Both the position numbers and the translations under genes were made by a program. Shown here one piece after another: positions 25,101 to 34,961 of a stretch of DNA of 64,000 bases (the first letter of the stretch is position 1; each line of letters starts with the position of its first letter). Source of the DNA: Vicugna vicugna (taxonomy: Eukaryota); assembly GCA_013265495.1 (NCBI GenBank), contig MU058636.1, forward strand, positions 6,607,741 to 6,671,740. The letters are read 5' to 3'. A model generated the notes under the pieces. The model made no database searches and was not told the origin of the DNA. It saw only the letters and a list, made by a program, of their open reading frames with translations.

Positions 25101-28100
25101 AAAGTATCATCTTCTGAAATCATATTATTTACATAAATATTATTAGTTTATTGTCTGTATCCTTTGTTAGAATGTAACCTACATGAGGACAGGGGCTTTG
25201 TCTTATTCATTGTTCCATTTTCTGTGCCTTGAAACTATCCATATCTTGCAGAACATACTCAATAGATATACGTAGTAAGGAAGAAGATGTTCATTTTCTT
25301 TTCAGCTTTAAAAAATTTAATTATATTGTGTGCCCAGGGAATGAAGACTACTTACTAGATGTATGAGTTAATGTATTTTTCTTAAAGTTTTGGTTAAGTT
25401 GAACTCTTTAAAAAATTTTTTCTACCCTTATCAAACAGGACATCTGTGTTATATTATTCAATAGACACACAATCTTTAAAATACAGAACTCCCTTCATTT
25501 ATTTAATAACAAATATGCACTGTTAGATAATATCTCTTCAAAAGTCTCTTTTTTCATAGTTTCATTATTTGAGACTCCTTAGTATGCTTTCTGATGAATC
25601 TCTAATGAATATTACAGAGTTACTACTTGTTTATGTAATTACATTGGAGGAATACGTTCCTATTAATTTATTAGTGGATACAAAATTTCATTTTTGGTTA
25701 ATGCCTATTGAGTGGTAGATGATCACAAAGCTCAAAGGATTCATGTTTCAATTATATTGACTATTTCATTTTTATAGTTGCTGTGTTCTAAGTTCCACTG
25801 CATCACTGTTTTTACTCTATTCTGTTATATATGATTATATTTCTTTTGGACTTTTCCTTATTCAAACATCAAATAGATTACATTTTACAATTCTATAGTG
25901 CTGAGACCATATCTCTCTAGTTCACTTTCAAAATAATTAACAGTACTGATCACATGTGAGAAGTTAGTGTATGCCTTACAGTGATTCAATATAAGACATT
26001 TTCAGTTTAGGCATTAGTAGAGGTATTGAGACAAAAGACATTATGAATTCTATAAATATTCCAGGTTAGAACAATTCCAAAGAACTAATAGCTAGGAAAG
26101 GAAAGTAGAGATACATAAATATCCATCGTCAACTCACATTTTAATTTTAATAACTAGAAGCTATATAAGTAACCTTAGCAACTGCTAAGAAGTTTATGGT
26201 ATATGAATGATGCCATTAATGTTGTGGGTTCCTGCCAGTCAGTGTCAAAATTAAATACATATAACAAAGAAATAATTTTTAAAAGTTAATCCCATGAAGT
26301 TCCACTGTCTCTTTAAAAAAGAAAATCAGGGAAAAATCTGTCTTGGCACTTAAAATACTAAACTTTATTTACAACAAAGCAACAACAGAAAGTTTAGTGA
26401 AAATGAAAAGTAGAGAAACAGATATTAAAACAACAGGATAAAAGTTGGGTTTAAACCCTTAGGTACATTTTGGTAGACTGTTCACTTTTGTCGGCTGGTA
26501 AATTATAAAGGGTTATCTTATTATTATTTGCTATCCTTTGGCTTTTTTATTTTTATAAAATCTCAGAGAAAAATTCCTAGTTAATAATATGCCTTCTTTC
26601 TCTATGGCTAGTGAAAAACAAGAAAAGATATACTGCTAATTAGGTTTTTTGTACTTAACAGAGATAAAACAGTCAAATTTGAGACAGAAAGGGAAATTGT
26701 TTAAATTCTTGCAAAGTAAACAAATACAGAATATGTATAGCTATCTAAAAAATGAAAGAAGAAAATGCTGCTCTATTTGCTCTTTGAAAAAGGGAAAATC
26801 AGGTCAATGAATGAAGAGAAAATAAGTGGGTATTAGTGTGCTCAATTATATAATCTGAAAACTCACAAAATTCTACTAAAAGCCTTTTTGTGATAATGTA
26901 TACACACAAGTTCTATCATCTATTGAGTACGTATTACAGGCATTGTCCTAAATGCTTTATATCTTTAATCTCTTTAAGTATTCCAAGCAATACATATGAG
27001 CAGTTATATTTTACAGGTGTAGAAAGAGGTTCAAGGGCAATTTGTCTGCATTTGAACCCAATCCATCTGATTTCAAAACCCTTCTTTTAACCACTATACC
27101 TACTTTAAAGGATTATTTGGGATTAGGATGGTAATGATAAAACAAAAAACAGTGAAATATTTGGCAGAAATGTTTTATCATGTAACCATGTGAGTTTTCC
27201 ATTGTGCTTATGAAAGAAAATACCATAGTGTGAATTATGAGGGTAAATCATGTGGCCATCATCTTAATATGCTTCATTGAATGCAAACAGCCCTGAAACA
27301 TGCTCTGTTATGTCTTCTTGCCACTGCAAAAGAAATCAGGCTGAGCTTGTTTTAACATAAACAAAGAAACCAGTGATAAAGCTGTGGCCAACACAGGACA
27401 TTCAATCTACCTCTCACAAATTTAGATCAGCCAACAGAAATAAAGTTTTATATACACATTCATGTATATTTAACAGAAACCCAAACATTAAATGTCATAA
27501 AGCATCATGATTCCTTGAGATATCTTTTAACTTTATGATTATCTGTGCTATTTAAGATTAGTTTTCACATTAACAACAAAGACACTGAATATAATGAATT
27601 GCTCAAAATGTATACGATTAAACTCTCAGGTAGGAGCTACAGTCTAGTCTGTTCTACTTTTCCTTTGCTTTCTTTTCTGATCTTGACTCTTGTACCTGTT
27701 AAATGAAGACAGGTATACTATAGCCACAGGAAATCAAAGCATAAGCCTCAGATTGTCTCTACATACTACCTGCTAATTCATCAATAGGTAGTTATTTCAA
27801 TCCATTCTTCCACTCGTTAATCCATGGCTTCTGGCACCACTAGAGAAAGGCTCTAACCCAAAGCTTTATGCACAAGGACTAGGCTCAGATTGAATCTAGG
27901 CACTGCTTCTTAGTTGGCCTAAAGTTTGGTAAGGATGCTCTCTTTTACTTTGCAAACATTCTTTTAATGAGATAACTATTTTAAAGGACTCTGGACATTA
28001 CCTCCAGCATTCTTTTCCTCCTTCTACCCTGAGTATGTTTTTTTTTTTTATTATAATCATATAGACTTATGACAATACTTTCAGTGGGGACTGGGAGATT

Positions 28101-29849
28101 AATGGTTAGTTAGACACGTAACAAAATCTTCACCAGAAAAGCCTAATAAGGAGTGATATATTAATGGGACTATGCAATTAAATTTTAGTTAATCTTAATG
28201 AACACAATTAAAAACAATCTATTTATTCCAAGCAATTTTTGTCTAGAATTAAAATGATTCCCAGGAAACAAAAAGGCTAATGAAGTTTTCTGAACCTTTA
28301 GGCACAGAGATATAAAACCAGTAGAGACCATTTCCTCATGGGCCGCTTTCACCAAAACATGCAAAAACACGGTAACTTTGTTCTTTTTACTACGTGAACT
28401 TTCCCAGTCTTATTATCTAGTAAATTTGGTAAAAATGAAATAACGGCCTCAGTGTCAGTCCCAATGTAGGCCATGTAGGACAGTGAGTAAACCTGAGGAC
28501 TTAGCCAGCCATAACGGGGATCAGATCCTAATTCTGTCACTTCCTATAATAGGATTTGCACAACTAACCACCTTTCCTCATACTTGTTTCCACCTTTGAG
28601 AAATGGGGACAATAATATCATACTTGTAGAACTGAAATCAGGGTTAGAAATAATACATGTAAAACTGCATGGCAGATAGAAGATGAACAGGATTACAACA
28701 GGTATCATGGTTAAAAATAATCAACTGCATTTAACATTTCTTTGCTTCCTCTAACACATGTATACCAAACACAACAACAATGACAATGCATTGGCTGCCA
28801 TTGTGTGAAACAAAGAGAAAAACTTATGGTCTCTGTTAGTATGAAAATAATTATACATGCCTTCCTCCCTGTGTGTCTATCTTCACATTATCTTCCCTTT
28901 GTGTGCATGTTTGTGTATTTCTTGTCCTCTTATGAGAACATATTTGATTAAGGGTCCACTTATAATGAGGTTATAATTAGGAGTTTGCATTTCTTTTTAA
29001 TGATGAAAAGAGTTGTACACACACAAATAAGTTGGGAACCACTGTTACAGGGTTCCTGTCAGGCACAGGATGAGGTAAAACAGGAAAGTAAGCTAAAATA
29101 CGAAGGGCTTTTGGTATCAAGATAAGGACTCCGGGTTTAATTTGTTAGGCAAAGAGAACTACTAGTGAGTTTTTCTGAGCAGATGGCATGCATGTATGTA
29201 GAAGCTATTGTGATTAAATTAAAAATCCTGAACCACACTGATTTGTCCATCAAGGTGGAACTTTTGGAAAATGACCTGCGTATAGAATGGACTGAAGAAG
29301 AGTGAGTATGGAGATAAGGAGACTAGATATGAAGTGAGCAGGATCTCACTGGGATGAAAAATGCCACACATATTGCCAAGGAAGATGGGCAGAGGTGGGG
29401 CTAATCTGATGGTGAGTATATATGTATTTGAATGTAGATTTATGTGGATGTTTGAGGGTGTATGTGTACAGTAAGACATTTATATGACGTCTAGTTCCTT
29501 TGAAATTCAAGAGTCCTTATTATTTCTGTACCAGTCATTTGATATTTTTAATGTGTTGACTTGCTGATTAACTTTCCACATGTAAACACAATATTTCTCT
29601 AAATGGAAAATCTGAAAACATTCATTTTGACTGGTCTTGCACACAGTAGGCACTCAGATACGCATTGGTTGGTAAGCATCAACATTTTAGCCATCTAAAA
29701 ACTGGCTTAAATTCACTAACAAATACTGAATTTCTATTTTGTGTCTGTGTTTTCTGCTTAGGAGAAAAAGTAGCAGAGTGAAAAAGGTAGAACTAACAAT
29801 AGTTGGAAGACACTGAAGTTAAGTTTGGTGAAGAAATTGTAAACAGGCA

Positions 29850-31410
29850 CCAAGCTAGTTTAAATGGTTTCAAGTTCCCAAGGCAGGACAAATTATACCC
29901 ATTGATCCCGAAAGAATCTGAAAAGTAGATCACTGAACAACTCTCAGTGGTCTTTAGGACTCATAGAGAAGTAGATGTGCCAGAGGAGTAAAGCGCCAAA
30001 GGGAGGAGAAGACAAATTCTTGAAAACCCAGAGCAAGTAGCTTAATATTACCTTTAAGTGAGATTATAGAATGGTTCATTCATTAGAAAGGAAGCAGTAA
30101 GCCCTATTATCAAATCAAACACATTTTCTTGTTTGTGACATAGTTATTAGAAAAACTGATAATTCACATCTATTTATTTTTACTTTAAGTTTGTTCAGAT
30201 ACAGAGACAAGAGTGTATCAAGACTTTAACTAGTCAGTTGTCAAGGTCCCTTATATCTTTTTGGCTGAGTTAGAGAAATATGGGCTAGTTGTTAGCACAG
30301 GATGGTAGCTATTTAATAGTTGAAGTTTAATAGTTATACCAAGCAGGCACTTACAAGCAACTTAAATCAGTGGTTTAAACTTTTCGACTATGATTTGCAG
30401 TGAGAAATACATTTTTCATATTACCTGGGAAGCATACATGTGCATATATGTATGTGTGTATAATTAAAATAACGGATGTACTTTGACGTTTTCCATTCTA
30501 TGGTTTCCTATTATATTTCATTAAAAAACTGCTGTTTGCAAGTTAACAAATTTATTTCTTAACTCACTAATGGGTCGGGACCCATAGTTTGAAAATGTGA
30601 ATTGATTTCAATCAGAAGGTTTCTAGAAACTACACACTGTTTTTATCCTGTTTAATAAAATATTTGGGTGATGATATAAAAAAATTGTTCTCAAATCTGA
30701 AGATAAAAAGATAATAAAAAGATAAGTTTTAGCTTGATATAATCAGGATTAAGAAATTTCTAGCAAATTAATTTTTAATAGAAAATTTAAATAAAATAAA
30801 AATGAAATTGAATCTAAAATACATAGGTACAATTCTGCACTTTATATCTCCAAATTACTTGTAAAGCTCGGTATTGAATATGTGCTGCTGCCTGGCAGCA
30901 GCCTGTCTAGAAACAAAACAAAACAATAACAGCAAAACAGAACCTTGGTGTTTCAGTTGACAATAATTTTAATAAGAGAGGGGAATGGAACCAAAATTGT
31001 TTGAGAACCTACCATGTGCCAAACATACACAGGATCCACTATAAGAATCACTGGTGTCATGTTGCTGAAAAAACAGAATTAAACCAAACCAAACCAATTT
31101 GGAGATACATCAACAGGAATTTCGTTTCTAAAGATTGAGGTGTTTCCCTCTCTTCCTTTCTTCCTTCCTTCCTTCCTTCTTTATTTTTTTTAAACGGAGA
31201 CTGGGGATAGGGATTGAACCCAGGACCTCTTGCATGCTAAACACATACTCTACCACTGAACTATACCCTCCCCCTCCCTCTCTGTTTCATATTGTATAAA
31301 CCTGGCTAGGATTTGGAGTACCCTGTTCAGATAAACTTTAGAGGAAAGCAAGAAACCTGCTCTTCAAAGAACCAGTGAAAGGAATGAGGGCATTTAGCCT
31401 GGACAACTGC
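29850..31410 (+). mobile_element. Degraded L3/CR1 LINE, interrupted by a hAT-Charlie MITE (about 30368-30600) and a SINE
   Basis: CR1 RT-like text (aagttccca...gatcactgaacaactctcagtggtcttt...gtgccagagga; ggcatttagcctgga). The MITE ends read cagtggtttaaac / gggtcgggacccatagtttgaaaa. Confidence 0.55.
31154..31274 (-). mobile_element. Camelid-type tRNA-derived SINE with (GGAA)n-converted tail
   Basis: Same head as the SINE at 6020-6151. Flanked by the direct repeat TCCCTCTCT at 31145-31153 and 31275-31283. Confidence 0.85.
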
Positions 31411-32214
31411 TGCTTTCATTCATTCATTCATTGTTTAACACCTTTATTAAATGTAAATTATAAGCCAGGAGTGTTAGGTGCTGAAAAAACAAAAAATAAT
31501 TAAAATGTTGTCTTTCCCCTCAGCCAACGAAGGGAAATACTATTTATCGACACTTGCTACTACAGTAAGTACCTTAAATGTATTAGCTACTTTCACCGTT
31601 TAATCCTATGAATCTCTACTTTGGGTTGGGTAAAATAAGGCTTTGAGGAGAAGTCATTTGCCCAAGATCACACAGATGAATGGGAAGAAGAACTGGAATC
31701 CAAACCCGGGCTCCAGTGAGTCTGGAGGACGTGTTCTCAGCCACTACACGACATTGTCTCTTGAAACTCAAATTCATGGGCTTCTTATCTTTGAAAGATT
31801 TTTGTTTGGAAGTATGGGTATGCATCTATTAATGCAAAAAGCTATAGAAAATTGATATTCACCACATAAAATATATTTTTAACCTGGAGATTTAAAAACA
31901 AATCTTATAGGCAGCCTCTCTTATTAGATAGCTATCTTTTATTTCAAAATACTGTTAATGCAAATGCTAAGTTATTTGTACCTTTGCAAGAAAAGAGGCT
32001 TTGTAGGCTAAAAGGAAACAGGTCTGCTTGAATTTTCTAAACTTTACGCTTTTGGGGACAGTATTAAAAACATGTAACTGTGAAATTATAAAGACTTCTA
32101 TGTGGTTATTATTGTTCTTACATGTGTTTACAGGTTATTCAACACAGACTGTTCGTGTATACCATGGGTACAAGGACACATTTACTATATGCTGGTTGCT
32201 GAGTTGAAATTATT

Positions 32215-32358
32215 TCATTGAATTCTCACAATGGGATAGATATTCTCATTCCTGCTAGTGAATGAGGAGACTGAATTCAGTACCTTGAGTACACTACACA
32301 GGTAGTAAGTTGTGTGATTCAAAAGCCTGTGCACTTTCCACAGTACCACACTGCCTTC
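32215..32358 (-). mobile_element. MIR
   Basis: Minus strand reads gaaggcagtgtggtactgtggaaagtgcacaggcttttgaatc...tcagtctcctcatt, the MIR 5' part and core. Confidence 0.65.
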
Positions 32359-34095
32359 CAGGAGCTGACAGTGAACTGGAGAACACTTCTCAAAGTCTAA
32401 AAAGAGCAAAAGATAGAACCTGCAGCCATATATATGCTCAATGGGGTGGAAAGAAGCTAGTGTGATGACCTCTCAGCCTAGATTTACACATTTAAGATAA
32501 ATATATCATTTAAAATTAGCAAATGGAAATAATGCTTGCAAAAGTAGAAACTACTCACTTGGGATAGGTAAAACGCTATATGTGGATATATGTCACAGGA
32601 TTTTTCTGTGACAGCATATTTAAATCACACTGCTAAGATTTAAAAAGTTTCGTAAGTTTCCCATACACTTTCAATCTTTCTAACATTTATAATTCACTTG
32701 CTACCTAATGTAAATAGACATACCAATTACCACTTCTTTCAGAAATTTTGCTTAACTTTTTTAATAATTCAATCACTTCAGTGCAGGTTTAAACAAACAC
32801 ACACAACCAAGAACTAATTCTAAGCACTGGTCTTGAGGAATTTTGTTATGCATGCTCTATGGTACTTTAGCATTTTAACGTGTTCCAATATCCTGACAGT
32901 TAACTTGACTAGCCAATCCAATTAAACAAGAGTAATAACAAACCAGATAATGACAGATTTGTATATTGACTGTTTTCATTTGAGATGACAATTAAAATGA
33001 TTTGAATATACCTCAAGATACCTAATAGCTCTGGTGTCTTACAATGGATCTTTATTGAAAAGGGCATATCTCATGAAATATTAAAGAAAATTACATCCTT
33101 CATTTCGAGGAAGAAAATAGCAGTCATGTCTATTTGGTTTTAATTCAACACTAGCAGCAGATTGCTGTGTACATTTTAATGTTTTTAAACTAAAAGTAAT
33201 TTTTTCGTTCTATATATGTGAAGATACAGAAATCTACTTTTATCACAGATCAAGGCTGGTAGAGAATTAATTATATTTTAAGATAATTTCAAAATCCTCT
33301 GAACTGTACGTATCTAAGAAGAAGGGAGGGGTCATTAATTGGCATCATACCTGAGGATCGTTAGGGATTTTTAAAATGTGGGATTTGTCGCTCTCACCAA
33401 ACTACTACCCCACAGTGTCACACAGTACAGGCTTTTTAGGCTGGGAGGTGACTTCTAGAACTGTTTGTTGTTCAGAGCTGCATCCAGAGCGGATCACTGT
33501 TTGACAAGTTCTATTTTAAGTCGCGCCTGTGTGTGCAGGTGACAGCTTCTTTCATGGCTGTAGAAAAAGACCCATTACTCCATCTGTATCCCTCCCCACG
33601 ACAATGCAGGATCATTCCCCACGGTGCGTTTGTTTCTGCTTTGCCAGCCACTTTCTCACTGGGAAATTCCGGAGAGGGGGAGGGGGCAGGCGGGCAGGAC
33701 TGTGAGGAAGAGCCAAGAGGGGCAGAAAGAGGTCGTCTGCCACTCCCCTACCTTACAAGGCACGTGGCACTGGCAGTAGCAGCTACTGGATGCAACGACG
33801 AAGATGATGAAAACCTCCTCCTAGCAAGAGGATATTAAGGGAATGAGGTGGTAGCGAAGGCAAGACACACACTCTGTGTCCTTCCCCTCAGGGAGAATTC
33901 ACCCTCAAGGGAAAAACTACGAGGAAGCCACCGCCCGCCCCACCTCAGCCAGCTCGCCCCAGTGTCTGGCAGCGGTCCCCATGCACCTGCTCACCTGTCT
34001 ATCCGTTCAGGGTGGTTGGGGGAGGGATGAGGGGTGTCGGGGTGGGTGTGTGGAAGGAGAAGGAGGGCAGGGCGAAAGAGGGGGTGTACCAAGCG

Positions 34096-34163
34096 CTCCG
34101 CCCCCAGAGGCTCTGCGCAGGCGCAGTGGCCGCTACCGCAGGCAGGGGGCGGCAACATGGCGG
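34096..34163 (+). promoter_or_regulatory. Core promoter motif cluster: GC box (CCGCCC 34098-34103), NRF1 site (TGCGCAGGCGCA 34114-34125), YY1-type site (CAACATGGCGG 34153-34163)
   Basis: Near-consensus matches to Sp/KLF, NRF1 and YY1 motifs in the order typical around CpG-island transcription starts. Confidence 0.7.
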
Positions 34164-34661
34164 AGTGAGCGGCGGCGTCGGGGCTTCACAACAACAGTGG
34201 CGCCCGTAGCAGCGGCGGCAGCAGCGTCAGTAGCGGCGGCCACAGCCTGAGCTCCAGCACCCGCCAGCGCCGCGGCCAACGGCTCGCGCCTCAGGGCTTT
34301 TCGGAGCGGCGGCAGCATCTCCGCGGGGGGCGGGCCGGGCCGGACGGACCGGGAGGGGGTGAGAGAGGAGGCAGCGGCGGCGGCAGCGGCACAGCTGCTG
34401 GGCGGGCACTGCCGCTCGCCGGGCAGCGGTTAGCGGCTCCGCCACCGCCAGGAATAAGACTGAGAATAACCCACCGCCTCCGCCGGGGAGGGCGCCGGAG
34501 CGGGCCGGGCTGAGGCGCAGGCGGGGAGCGGGCCCGGCGCCGCGGCGCTGGTGGATGCTGGGGCTCCGAGGCGACGGCCGGGGGGCGGGGGCCGAAGCAG
34601 GTATAACGGTACCGGCGGAGGCAGCGCCGCTGCTCTTCCCTTCTCCTCAGGAGGGGGGCAA

Positions 34662-34961
34662 ATGGCGAGCGAGAAGCCGGGCCCGGGCCCGGGGCTGGAG
34701 CCTCAGCCCGCGGGGCTCGTCGCCGTCGGGGCCGGAGGCGGAGGCGGAGGCGGCGGGGGCAGCGGCGGTGGCGGCAGCGGGGGCAGCGGGATGGGAGAGC
34801 TAAGGGGGGCGTCCGGCTCCGGCTCGGTGGTGCTGCCCGCGGGGATGATCAACCCTTCGGTGCCGATCCGCAACATCCGGATGAAATTCGCAGTGTTGAT
34901 TGGACTCATACAGGTCGGAGAGGTCAGCAACAGGGACATCGTGGAGACGGTGCTCAACCTG
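34662..34961 (+). CDS. NBEA: Neurobeachin, coding part of exon 1 (100 codons, phase-0 intron follows)
   Basis: Translates to MASEKPGPGPGLEPQPAGLVAVGAGGG...MINPSVPIRNIRMKFAVLIGLIQVGEVSNRDIVETVLNL, which I recognise as the NBEA N-terminus. It ends at a canonical donor CTG|GTAAGG (GT at 34962). The rest of the 242-aa ORF is intronic read-through. Confidence 0.96.

Larger units (their letters stand above)
61..32632 (-). pseudogene. Candidate unitary pseudogene of a multi-RGS-domain (RGS22/RGSL1-like) gene, divergent from NBEA
   Basis: Colinear minus-strand segments with AG/GT boundaries and stop- or frameshift-disrupted translations carrying RGS-like motifs at 23741-23812, 22151-22192, 19719-20085, 18040-18080, 11955-12458 and 61-383. 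Recognised by eye only. Confidence 0.5.

Noticed and set aside
27224..28440. Additional possible minus-strand exons (27224-27292, about 27770-27920, about 28330-28420 with KRTKLPCF)
   Set aside because: Splice-like sites are present, but the peptide resemblance is too weak to claim without alignment. Worth re-testing if an outgroup orthologue is found.
32591..32613. 8-bp inverted repeat TGTCACAG...CTGTGACA
   Set aside because: Too short to be distinguished from chance and not a recognisable RNA structure.
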